Assembly (NCBI GenBank): GCA_964016885.1
Contig: OZ024752.1
Span: forward strand, 43,586,001 to 43,650,000
DNA length: 64,000 nt
Direction of reading: 5' to 3'
Source of the DNA: Eledone cirrhosa
Lineage: Eukaryota
In this document: piece after piece, positions 1 through 13,100 of the stretch
Layout: each line of letters begins with the position of its first letter
Numbering within the stretch: the first letter of the stretch is position 1
Translations under genes and position numbers: made by a program
The notes under the pieces: generated by a model
Told to the model about the DNA's origin: nothing
Seen by the model: the letters and a program-made list of their open reading frames with translations, nothing else
Databases searched by the model: none

Positions 1-630
1 ATTCACAAATTTCTAACAGACCCTTTGTGCAAAACTAGTGCCCAAATACTTGTCTGTGGAGCAAAATGTGAACTGATTGGAAGTTTGTCAGGATTTGCTA
101 GACTCGAAATTAAGCCAAATTTCTTTGGTAAAGTAATAACAGGAGATGAATCATGGGTGTTTGAGTACGATCCAGAGACAAAATGGCAAAGTAAAAAGTG
201 GCACACTAAAAAATTCTCCTTCTCTGAAGAAAGCATGCATGAACAGATAGAGGGTGAAAACGATGATTGTCATTTTCTTTTTTTGACAGCTGTGGTTTTA
301 TTCAGAAAGAATTTTTAACTCCAGCCAGACAGTTAGTCACATTTTCTACAAAGATATCTTGGAACGGCTTTGAAAACAGGTTCAGCAAATTTGAAAGGAC
401 ATTGCAGGAGATTGAGTACTGCATCATGTCACTTTCAATTAGAGAATTTCCCACTCTTTCAGATCCTCCCTACACCCCAGATCTAGCTCCATGTGATTTC
501 TACCTCTGAATTGAAGTTGAAGGATCATCATGTTAGGACTGTGGAAAACAAACAATTGTAAACCTCATGCTAAGGACATTCACAGAAAATGACTCCCAGA
601 TTAATGGAAAAGACGATGGAACCACTGTTT
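1..630 (+). mobile_element. Decayed mariner transposase fragment
   Basis: Frameshifted pieces KVITGDESWVFEYDPETKWQSKKW and PPYTPDLAPCDFYL match mariner catalytic-domain motifs (TGDE-W, YSPDLAPxD). Confidence 0.88.
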
Positions 631-1205
631 ATGACCTGATGATGGTGAACCCAACACTTTAATCCCTACATGTGTGTGTGTGTGTCTATATATATTAGAG
701 AGAGAGAGAGATCATCACCATTTTACATTATATATATATATACATGGATAAGATAGAATGATATAAATGTACTCTTTTCATACTCATATATAATCTGTAG
801 TACACAGCCTTGTTACACATACACACTTCATAAACAAATGTGTTCTAAATATATCTTGGCAGATAATTGCACTAACCTTCATGTACAATGTTACCACACC
901 CATTATGTGAACTGAGCTCACACACCTTATGCCAGAAGCAAGCACACTTGTGGTGGTGCCAAATGTAGCCAAGCAAATCCATCTAAAGCATTCCAGCATA
1001 AAGTAGTGTCTTTAAACTGATTAAAAATATAACTAAGAAAGCTGTGTATCTGTCTCATGTTTCTATGCATACAAACTTATATATATATATATATAAATTC
1101 TCATCTTCCAGAGAAAAAAGATGTTTATAACAGTTGCGTTGAAGCTTAGTAGTAAGATGCAAAAATAAAAAGAGAATTCCAGAATGGTTTGATTTTGGAT
1201 AGGGC

Positions 1206-1421
1206 TTAACCCTTTAGCATTCAAACCGGCCATATCAGGCCAAAATTCTCTCACCTCTTTCTGTTCAAACCGGCCATAATTGGCTGCTCATGCTGCCATT
1301 AAGGTATTGTTCTCAAAATGAATAATATCAAAGTCTCATAGATTCGATATTATGTGAGTTAGAGCCTTTACCGTGAAAATACAATAGTAAATATGGAGTA
1401 ATGTAAATGTTAAAGGGTTAA
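1206..1421 (+). mobile_element. piggyBac-type MITE (~210 bp), family copy
   Basis: TTAA|CCCTTTAGCATT...AATGTTAAAGGG|TTAA: TTAA target duplication plus terminal inverted repeats; about 10 related copies in the window. Confidence 0.85.
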
Positions 1422-2462
1422 TTTGGGATAGGACTTAAAGCAGCATCATAGAAATGTTAAATGTGTTCTTTTTCGTGCTTGCATAGGTTGAACACACATC
1501 TATATATATATATATGTGTGTGTGTATATATACAACCTCCCTAGTACTGGTGTTGTGATAAAACACACCCAGTACATTCTGTCAAATACAGGAATATAAG
1601 CATGTTGCAACTCCTGGCCTGTTTGAGTAATCAGTTGCTTGTACTGGGTACTGATTTGGTCTATCCTTTACTTCTACTGGGCACTCACTTGGTCTATCCT
1701 TTGCTAGACTTTAAACTCCACTCACATAGCATTGGTCAACCTAATGTTATTGTAGAAGACATTTGTTTAAGGTGCCATGAAGTGTGAGTAAACTTGAAAC
1801 GATGTGGTTACAAAGTAAATTCCTATTGTTTTGTTTGATTGTTTCATTTCAAGGTTAATAATTCTGGCACATATTTCCTATAACAGAACACTTGAAGCTG
1901 TTGATAAATGTGATATAGTGCATGACAGAAATACTGGTTGACTAAGATCGTAGAATATTCAACAAAATACATCTTTATTTATACAGCAATATAATTAATG
2001 AAACAGTGTATATGATAATACAATAACATGTTTGAATGAATAAAGTTTATGGGATACTCATTTGCATATAGGGCTGGCATGTCAGGCTGGTATTAATCAG
2101 CAGTAACTGTTAAATATATACATTTTTCCCCATTTGAACTGGTATTTTTGAATTAATTATATTTTAAAGTGAAGCTGAATTCATACATTCTCTTACATTA
2201 GCTCTCTCTCTACACACACAAGTTGTTTTATTGCCTGACCCCTTCCTTCTCTATCCGGAGACAAGGAAAATTATGGAGCAAAAGCAAAATAAAATAAAAT
2301 AATCTGCTCCATAAAAGCCTTAACCCCCCCCCATCCCCAGCCAGAGACGAGAGATTATTATATTCTGCTCATAAAAGATTATGAGAATATATTTTAGACT
2401 GGTTTGTGATCCAACTTAGCGAAACTAACCTCAAAAGTCAGATAGCAGATTCTTTGTAACCC

Positions 2463-2663
2463 TTAACTCTTTAGCATTTAAACCGGCTATATCCGGCCAG
2501 AATTCTCTCACCTCTTTCTGTTCAAACCGCCAATAACCGGCTGCTCATACTTAGGTTAAGATATTGTTCTCAAAATCTCATAGATTCAAAATCATGTGAG
2601 ATAAAGTCTTTACCTTGAAAATACAATAGTATATAGAGAGTAATATAAATGCTAAAGGGTTAA
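2463..2663 (+). mobile_element. piggyBac-type MITE copy
   Basis: TTAA-flanked, same internal sequence as 1206-1421. Confidence 0.85.
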
Positions 2664-2860
2664 TGTTTTATTTAATTATATTGGTGTAGAACTAAGCAAA
2701 GATTTCCCCAATAAAAAGAGATAAAATAACAGTCTTATATATATAGTACTATTTTACTCACCTTGGGAATAAGAGAAAATGTAACTACAGCCCTAGAATT
2801 AATTCAATTGCCTGACACAATAAGTTAATTTCTCTCATCCCCAGTTAAGTTTGTTGGTGA

Positions 2861-2892
<32 letters not shown>

Positions 2893-3489
2893 GTCTGTTG
2901 CTAAGCCAGCCTCAACCTCTACAATTCCCATCCTTCTATTCTATTAATACTTTTTTATATTTCTTATTTACCTTTCACACAGTATGTACCTTTCTTATAT
3001 TTTTTTCAGGTATTTCTATGATCTTTATCAGTATGATGCCAAATCATATTTTCCCTTACTTTTATAGTAATTTTCTCTATATTGCTCTCTAGTATTATAT
3101 GCTATTATTTTATTATATTTTTATTTTTATCTCTTATTTCATACTGTATTTTTTATTTATTTATTTGACCTGCACCATTCCTCTAAATGGTATGTGTATC
3201 AGTGTCGCCAGGATGCTCTATATAATAACTAGTATTGCTTTCACTAAATAAAGTTATTTGTAAAATCTCCGTCAACATAATTGCAATTTAGCATAATTGC
3301 AATTCAGCATAATTGCTGGCCTTGTGCCAAAAGTAGAAACAATTATTATTGTAAGCTATACCACTGCATATATATATATATGGTAAACCAAAGGAATATA
3401 CTATTGTCTGGGAAGACTCACTTCACGTGGTGAGTGCAGAAATATATTGACTTCTAAAATTCTAGCAAAACTCATTTACTTAGGTTATT

Positions 3490-3530
<41 letters not shown>

Positions 3531-3739
3531 ATGTTGTTAGAGGCGACTAAAAGATTTGGTGCCAAGAAGGGCCTCCAGCCATTAAAACAATGTCTCAAAA
3601 AGGTCCCCTTGATGAGTATAACATATGTGTACAGCCTGAAAAACCTCTTGGCGGTCTCTACCCCTTTTCATCAAATTTCAAGGTGGGAATCTGATCAAAA
3701 TTAGGGAGGAGTTCAGTCCATTAACATGGCCAAGTACCT

Positions 3740-4070
3740 TACGTACCTTATGGAAACTGGTATATGACATGGAATCTAGGTATGATGACAAGGAGATTTA
3801 GAGATGTGGGGGAGACACAGAATAGAAGCATAGGTGTATGTTGTGTGCAGGAGACAAGATGGAGGAGAAATGGTGAGAGGAAGACAAAGACAGAAGTACA
3901 AATTTGTGTAGTAAAGGTGTCTGAAAGGTGTGCATGGTGTTGGTGTATTGATTTCTGTAGAATTTGTATGTTGACAGTGTAGTGAGAGTAACTAGACTGA
4001 GTGAACAGTTGATGGTGAAACTGGTAATTGGAAAGTTCTTGGTGAATATCATGGGCAGGTCAGATTGTCA
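3740..4070 (+). mobile_element. Decayed RTE-type LINE endonuclease (APE) fragment
   Basis: Translation TWNLGMMT...GVCCVQETRW is typical of the APE N-terminus. Confidence 0.65.
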
Positions 4071-4119
4071 TAGAGAGACAAACATTCTTATGATATGAAG
4101 AACATAGGTATTAAATTTC

Positions 4120-4332
4120 TTAACCCTTTAGCATTTAAACCGGCCATATCTGGCCAGAATTATTTTACCTTCTTCTGTTCAAACCAGCTGTAACCAGCCG
4201 CCCCTGTTGACATTAAGGTATTGTTCTCAAAATAAATATCAAAATCTCATACATTCTATATTATGTGAGATAAAGCCTTTTCTGTGAAAATATAATAGTA
4301 AATATAGAGTAATGTAAATACTAAAAGGTTAA
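4120..4332 (+). mobile_element. piggyBac-type MITE copy
   Basis: TTAA CCCTTTAGCATT ... CTAAAAGG TTAA, homologous to 1206-1421. Confidence 0.85.
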
Positions 4333-5752
4333 ATAAACAACTTGAAGGGTAAGAAACCCTTAAAAAGGACTTTGCTTGAAATTATAGTGCTCATGGAAAG
4401 GTTAGAAGAGAAAGAGAAATCAACCAGGGTTGTAAGAAATATAAAAATGAATGTTGAAACTTTTGATAAATTTACAATATAGTCACCTTCAGTAGATTAC
4501 AAGAGGGAGTCACTGATTGAAGTCACAGTTAACTCTCAAAGTTGCTACAAATGCTAGAGGCCTTACAATCTCTCATGATCTTTCAAGGTGGCCTCACATA
4601 ATATTGCCATAACAGCTCCCCAATACATAAACTTCTTCATCAAGGTAAAAAGCTACTTCAGTCCTAATCAGTTGCAGTTCCTTTACAAAGTTCAGTTGCA
4701 TCCCATATTGGAGTACACTATCATTTTCCTGTTATCTTTGTCTTTTTCTGTACACCAGTTGCATTAATATTACATTCTGGTAGGACTTGCAAAGGTCATT
4801 GGAGCTGCCTTTTATCCTCTGATTAATTAATAAAAATAATAAGTAAAAATTTAATACATAAATTAGTCATATGACCCATAATTAACATTATTTTCCCCAC
4901 TCTCTCTATCAACATCTCATACAATTCACTACAATTAATACAAAACACCATTTTGTTACACTACCAACAATAAAGCCTGCATCTGCAGCCAGAAACTGCC
5001 AATACAATACAAATCTGTAATGATAGATATCCTATGTAAAGTCACAACAATCCTATGGAATATTCACCCAGTAAAACTTATTAACACATAATAATAATAT
5101 AGACAGATATATTATATATAGACATATATTATAATAATAATATAGATATATATAATAGCAATAATGTAGATATATATTATATATAATAATAATAATAATA
5201 TAGACATATTTTATATATATAGACATATATAATAATAATATAGACAGATTTTTAAGTATCCTATTACTTGAGCAGATAGACAACAATACAGGCAGGCAAC
5301 AACTGTTTAAGTAACTAAATTTGTAGTGCTGATGGAGACATTAGTAAAGTATATAATGTATGCTAGAGACAAAGCCAGGGAACAATTGCTTTTGTTGGCG
5401 GAAATGTTATTCATTCTTCACAAGTTATATGTTACTATCATTATTATCATCTTAATATTCATTTTCCTTTGCTGGCATGTAGTTGGTTTGGCATGTGGAT
5501 ACAATATTGATGAAAATATGAGGCAAGATGAGTCAGTTTGGATTGCCTGAGTGAAGGTAGTATGAGACTAGTCACTACTGAGTAGTAAGAGGGGATAGAT
5601 CCAGTAACAACAATGAATTTCAGTGTTAAGCATAAAATCCAATGCATGAACATGGAGGATTTAGCAAAAGAAAAAGTGGTCAAACATTTTCAGCTTTCGT
5701 AAACCCATTGCTCTCATTGACCATATCTCACTATCAAGAAAGATGGTATTCA

Positions 5753-5945
5753 TTAGTTGTGGAATTTTGTGGTCAGATGGATCTCTAGTTGAAAAAGTGT
5801 TGAAGATAGAATACAGCCCTGCTGGACACCTGAGTGTATTTCAAAAGTATCAGATTCCTCATCATAACAGTGGCCCTTTGCTTGTGTAGAGCTGTAGTAT
5901 GCTTTTATAAGGTTCAACAACTTCACATGCACCCTATATGTCACT
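5753..5945 (-). mobile_element. LINE reverse-transcriptase fragment
   Basis: FEIHSGVQQGCILSSTLF resembles the RT GVxQGxxLSPxLF motif. Confidence 0.65.
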
Positions 5946-6069
5946 TCACTAAAGACAGGTGTAGGTACCTAGATGAGTTTTCATTGACTAAATACAGCTG
6001 AAACACTTGCATATATAATTACAAATACTACTGCATCTATCAAAATTGGTTACTTTTCCATTTGCATGT

Positions 6070-6350
6070 CCTCGTGCGCTGCAAGCAGCGCAATGAGCTG
6101 TGGTGCTTATCCCAGTTTCATGGCGTGAAGTAAATAAGAGTACAAGACTCCCCTCCATAGACAAGATGCCAGTCTATCCCAGGGTTAAACTCCCAGCTAT
6201 TGCTGATACTCATTTTTAGCTGAGTATACTGGAGCAACATGAAATGACGTGTTTTGCTAAAGAGCACAACATGCAACCCAGCCCAGGAATCAAACCCACT
6301 ACATTATGATCGCAGGTCCAACACCCTTATCACTAGGCTATGTGTATTCA
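6070..6350 (-). mobile_element. tRNA-derived SINE (second family; + strand relatives at ~25795-25990 and ~58213-58520)
   Basis: Minus strand has A-box/B-box-like head followed by a core like GTGTCCTTGAGCAAGACACTT..TTCAC.TTGCTCCAGT shared among the copies. Confidence 0.65.
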
Positions 6351-7132
6351 CATTACTTTTCCGTTTGGTAATAGACATTTCATTGAAATCACAATCATAC
6401 TATCATGGGTTTAATTCCTGAACCAAATAATGTTTTGTGTTCGTAAGACACTTCATTTCATGTTACTTTTCATGATAAGACTAAGGTTTCTATCATTAGA
6501 ATAATTTTTAAAACCTATGAGTTGCCTCTTCATATGAGGCCAGCTATACCTGCATGGGTGAGAGCTGTAAATTTCATGTTTGCCTTTTATTGAAAAAGGA
6601 AAATCTATTTCATACCAATGTGTCATCTTTAAGTATGGATGTATAGTTTATATGCATATGATTGAAATATACAAGATTTGGTTTACAAACAACCATTTTA
6701 TTAAACTCCAGGCATTATACCATCAAAAGAATTTTACTTGAATTATATCTTTGTAACAATTTAACTTCACATCTTGTTTAGACATTCAAATATCCATTAT
6801 CAATTTTTATTTTGTTCATTGTTGTGGATAACCAATTTTTGCTTTGTTGTCGACATCCGCTAAATTAGATTAAGAGGAAACACATGGTTGATGAAATGTA
6901 ACTCCAGGATCCTGATACATACTTCCTGATAGAGTTTCAAGTCCATAGTTAATTTTTTTCTTAGAAGTCATTGATATTTAAAAATAGAACTGTTGTGAGT
7001 ATTTCTATGTACTATATGTTGTTTACATATTCCTATGTACAATGAACTTGTCTGCAGTTTATATACTTCTACTAAAACATTGAATTCTCTTTCAGATCTT
7101 AGAGAGGTTGTAACCTCTTGGCAGGAGTCAAA

Positions 7133-10100
7133 ATGGCTTTTCTTCATAAAGGCATATCTCGACTTCAAGCCGAAAAGCGTCTATTGCAAAACAAAGAGGA
7201 TGGAAGTTTTCTTATACGAGAAAGTGAGACTGTACCAGGAGCATATGTGCTTTGTCTTCTGTAAGTATTTTATTTTCCTTCCATTATTTTCTCATCATTT
7301 GACATGTACCGACTGAAATGATTTTCTTATTATATTCCAATAATAAAAGTATAATTGTGGACTTAGTTCAATATTTTAAAATATAAAGTGATTCCTTTTT
7401 CAAATGTATTCCTTTGTTTTTTATTTGTTGCAATGAAATGGTTAAATCCCACTGCCTAGTCTTTACAATATCAAACCTATACAAAGTTATTCATTTTGAA
7501 CTTAATAATAAGTGAAAGAGAAAATAAAACCTGTCTGTCTTGGAACATTGACATGCAATGAAAGAATTGTCTTTTATATTTTTAGTAAGTATAATTCTGT
7601 TTCAAACAGATGGTGGAAAATTATATTTCATTTAAAACTGTTACAGTTCTTATACTGCTTAGCAATTAAAGATAAACAGTGTCTCAGACTATTATAATAG
7701 GTCAATTTTGATCTTAAAAGAAGCTTTTAAAAATATCCAAAAATGGAATAATGTTCTAATTTTTAGAAACAAACGTTTTGAAGTTGAAGTTCACATATAA
7801 GATGGATAAAGAATTGTTTGATGGATAAAGTTTGAAGTATGAACTGCATTGGATAATTGTATTAAAGACATTTATTAATCAAGAAATATGTTGATTTTTC
7901 TGTTAGAAAGATATAAATAAGAAATAATAAACAATACATTAAAGATATGCCAAGTGAGACAAATATTCTGGTAGTTCTGTTACTCAAACAATGAATCAGA
8001 CATTTCTATAATGTTTTATTTAATTTGAACTTATTCAATGATTGGTTGATGACAATTTGTGTCAATTCTAACAGTTTAATATCTAATTTAACTACTTGAA
8101 GTCTGCCTCTAACAGTGAATTTGTAAACATGAACTCCTAACCCAATAACTTATCAGTCCAAAACTACAATGACAGAACTACTCTATCTAATAACTTGCAT
8201 TTTATACAAATGAAATCTAAAAAGGTTACTAATTACAAAACATTTTTATTTAAGGAAAATAAATTTCAAAATATTTAAACTTTTTTTATTATTATTATTG
8301 ATGATGATGATGATACATTGGCTGTTGTTGATATTGTTTCTGGATATAAACTGTTTTATGTGTGTGGACCCATAACTCTTTATGGGGTCATTAAGAGTTA
8401 CTGTACTGTCATATAGTATGTTTTGGGCAATATTTTAAAGACTAATGGGGCCCGTCCTCTCTCCAGGGCTGAACATAGTTAATTTCTTCCAGAGAAGGAG
8501 AGAAAATGATAGAGTGGAAGTGAAAAAGAGCTATAGAGTAAAAAATAGTACATTTTTATTGACCTTGAAAGAATGAAAGGCAAAGTTGACCTCAGCAGGT
8601 TTTGGACAAACTAATGGAACTGGTATTAAATTAAGCATTCTTACCAACATTGTTGAAGACTAAAAAACAGGTTCTGAATATGAACAATTATACAAGTATA
8701 TAAATCCTGTAAAACATATTTAAATTAGTATGTAAGTTAAAATGTGTTAAAATACATTTGTATAATTTTATTGTAATTGCAGTTGCCAAGGACGTGTTCA
8801 CAAATATCGAATCCTCCCAGATTTGGATGGAAAACTCTCTGTTCAAGTAAGATTCATACTTTACACAGATCCTTTTAATCTTTTAATTTATTAAAGTTAA
8901 CCATTTCCATTTCATAAGTAAGAATCTGCCAAAATGTATTTACAAAACTTTACTATCATTTGCTTGTTTATTAACTACATCAATCTTATATCATTTAACC
9001 CTTCACTATTTACATTACTCTATATTTACTATTGTATTTTCACGGTAAAGGCTTTATCTCATATAATATTGAATCTACAAGATTTTGATGATGTTATTGT
9101 TTATTTTGAGAACAATACTTTAACGTCGGTATGAGCAGCTGGTTTGAAGAGAAAGAGGTGAGAGAATTCTGACTGGATATGGCCGGTTTAAATGCCAAAG
9201 TGTTAATCTGTAGATCATAACATAGATTATTATAATGTCAGAAATGTTGTAAGGCTATGTTTATGTAAAGAATATAATGATTCGTTTATGCTGCAAACAA
9301 CTTCATATCATATTTTTTTAAATCCTTCTATTTTAGATTGTTATAGTCAGGTGATTATGACAAACATTTCAGTATAGGAAGCATACTATTGTGGTTTTGA
9401 AAAATAAATTTGAGTTTTCTATTTTGTAGCCTTTTACAATATATTTTTGAATGTATTCATGAAAATACAAGTAAATTGTATTTTTATGGTACAGAAGAAA
9501 CTATTATGAAATGATGCAGTAAATTTTTAGAAATAGAATATTTTATTTTGGTATTAGGTCATACTATGATAATTTGATTGTTATCCATTTGTAAAGATCG
9601 ATTTCAACATTTTTTAAATGTTCTCTATCTTTGCAGTCAGAAAATAGTTTGCTGGAGCCTAGATTCGTGGATTTATCTCACCTAGTTCAAGAATATATGA
9701 AACGAGGAGATAAAAATGGTCTTGTGTGTGCCATGAAAAAGATTGTGGCAGTAGAACGTTCAGAAAAACTTGATGAACCTGATTCAGGTAATGTTTTATT
9801 TCATCAGTTGAGATAAATTTAATCAGTTAATATTTAAATTATAGAATATATATATATTGTTATATTTGTGGAGGGTCATGTTGTCCTAATATTGCCAGAA
9901 ATAGTAAAACACACTGTTTGGATTGGGTTGATAAACATTGATTGCCAGCTGAATTAATTATAGAAATATTCTCACATAATATCAAATCTATGAGATTTTG
10001 ATACTATTTATTTTGAGAACAATACCTAAACACCAGTATGAGCAGCTGGTTATGGCCTGAACAGAAAGAGGTGGGAGAATTCTGGCCAGTTTAAACTATA

Positions 10101-13100
10101 ACTTTAAAAGGAATTTCTGCAACTACTGTCTTCAAACATTTTGGAAAAACGTTGATTTTTATTTATCTTATTTTATTTTTTTCCATTTTATATACATGAG
10201 GACTTTGAATTATAAAATGAAAATTACTTATGGAATAAGCAACTTTTATGGATCGTGACAAGTATCTACAAGTTAAAATAAAATACTTAAATTTCGTTTT
10301 TCCAGATGATGACGATTTTGAAGCCAATGCAGCAGATCCAAGTGCACGACATAATACTGTCAGTACTCTTCGAATGCAATTCTTAAAGAATTTTGCAAGA
10401 TTAGATTTGTCCAAGTAAGTGATTAAATATATTTTAATAAATCTGAGGGAAGCAATGAGTATATGATATTAGTTTTTAGAAAAGCAGAAAATGTTGTCTT
10501 CTCTTGCATATAACAATTTTCTTCTGTACTTTGTGATTCATGCAAAGTTTGTATAGACAGCCAGTCTTTAACTCCTTTGTAATAGCCTGGAGGATTATAA
10601 TCAGTTTTAAATGGAATTGAAATATAAACCAAAGGAAATTGTGGAATTTTAATAAAGTAAATATTTTAAATAATTATGTTGTTTTTCTTGTTTCCTTTTT
10701 CCAGAACTGAAGGTGAATTTATGACCATTCTCAAGCAATACATTGATGAAGGTCAAGATGAAGACCTTGTTTCAATGAAAGCTGGAAACACCAAATTACC
10801 TGGTCTTCAGAAACTGCTATGGACTATAGCTAAGCCCTTAGTCAAGTAAGCCATCTTTCTTTAAGTAATAAAACTATCTTTAATTTATCCCAACACATAT
10901 AGGGCAGGGAGAGCCCCGTTCAATCATTGTAAGTCCAGCAAGGTGTTTTTTTATGGTAGACCAGCAGTCACCCAAATAATAGAGACAAATTAGATGCTTT
11001 AGTAACTTGTGTTTCAGAATTTCTATTTTATGATGGTTGAGCACCAAGTGACCTCCTTCAACCATGATGGATTTTCACATATATATATATGTGTTTGATA
11101 TAAAATCTGATGGTATTTTTTCTTTCTTTTTAATTCTTTTAGAGAGTTCGACAATTTCTTATTGAAAATGGGTTTAGTTAGAGATCTCTTCAGTGACGTA
11201 CCTAAGGAACAGAAATGGAAAGAGTTGGAGGCCGAGGTACTTTCTCTTATTCTTTTTCTTTTAAACTCTCTCTCTCTCTCACACGCACTTTCCCTCCATC
11301 TCTCCCTCTCTGTCTACCCCCCTCTCTCCCTCTTCAATATTTGATATCTATTTTAGAATTTTGGTGTTGAGGAAATGTCCAACAAATTCAATGAGTGTAA
11401 AGCTGCTTTAGAAGATCTGCAAGCTGGGGTAAGTATGCAAACATTTTAACATTGCTTTTCTGCTGAAAACTAAGATTCTTCTAATCAACTTAGAATTCAC
11501 ATTTGGGAATGAAAATTACAATATACTAGAAACATTGTGGAAACACGAAAGTACCTTAAAAAATATATTTGTTGTTTTTATTAACTTTTTGGTATTTAAA
11601 AATGGATTATAGTATCAATCACTCATGATATTGATGAATTGGGAAGTAAGATTTGGATTTCATTCCAATACAAGTTGTTTATCTCTAATGTATGTTTGTT
11701 TAATTGTTTTATAATTTTATAGGCTCAAGATTTCCTGAAAAACTATGGTATAAAAGATCAAGGAAGTCATGGAGATTATACAGAAATTGATTTTGATATG
11801 ATGAAAACTGCCCCCTTTTTACAGTCTGTTCCACAACAGCCAATTCCTGAAGCAATATTTGAAGTAGGATTTTTACAGTTATCTTTCATTGCAATACACA
11901 AGTTCAACATTTATGAGAACTTTTGTTTTATATACTCTTTTTAGCAGCAGTTGTTCTACCATGAAATTATATTAGTATCTGTTCTAGTTGCTATAGTGAT
12001 TGGTTTGTGGTTTTGTAGCTATATTAGCGAAGGCATGAATCATGGAATGTAGAGACAATGACAAAGAAAATGGGAGATGGGTTGGGGGGTACTGACTAGA
12101 AGGGTAGATATATGTTGGGTCCATAGACATCACCAACAGCCCCTAACTAAATAGAAGGGTAGATATATGTTGGGTTCATAGAATCACCAACAGCCCCTAA
12201 CAAACCATATTTTTGCATCTCAAGCCAACCAGGAGGGATGCCAAGAAAGAGGTGGTTAAAGAAACAATAGTCTAATGTCTTAACTATTTAACTACTTTCT
12301 TTTGTTGGCTAGCAACACCTGAAATGAATAAATTAGATATAAAAATATTGATTGTTCATTGCATATTAGAATATTTAATAAAGTTTATATCAGTATAGTT
12401 AGTAAAAGTTTCATAAAGGATAAAATTTGAATTGCAAATGTATTGTATTTTCTACTTGAATGTTAGTTATACAGTAACAGATTTTAAAATTAAACTTCCA
12501 GCTGGTATTGAAAACAGAGCAGACATCAAATTAATGATGATGATGATGATGATAACATTATTGTTGATTTTCTTTTTCAGGTACGGGCTGTGAAACATGG
12601 AAAGCCAATGGGTCGAGTCACTTTAAAAGTTGATGTTCAAACTGGCCGTTTGTTTGCTGTAAAGCCTTCCAAAGACATTTTAGATGCTAGTAACACGTTC
12701 TCACATGAAAAAAGTAATACTCTATTATTTTCTTTTTCACAAAACCTTATTTTGTTTAAATTTGCAGTGAAATAGAAACGAGATAAAATGTATCTAAATA
12801 TTGGATATCGTATTGCTAGCCTCTAGATATTATAATACCCACCTCACGTTTAGTGGTCTGAGAACCACATGAAATTGATTTCCAGCTGTATGTATGATAA
12901 AGCATCAAATAATTTGTTATAGCAATAGTTCAGAAGTTTAGTTAATGTGAAATATTTGATATAAACAACAAAAACGTTTTTTCCTTCCATTTCATAAAAG
13001 TATAGAAATCATTATTTTATGTGGGTTGTTCTACGAGTGCATGGGTTTGGCAGGTCCTTCTTAGTACAACATTTCTCCACTTTTCACTTTTCTTTGTCAT

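Noticed and set aside
630-665. CTGATGA as a hammerhead or snoRNA box
   Set aside because: No GAAA box, stems or partner box nearby; the same applies to CTGATGA at 40081.
5053-5286. Short low-complexity ORFs (Y/I/C/V/H/T-rich) here and throughout the window
   Set aside because: They are translations of (TA)n/(CA)n microsatellites, with no splice or homology support.
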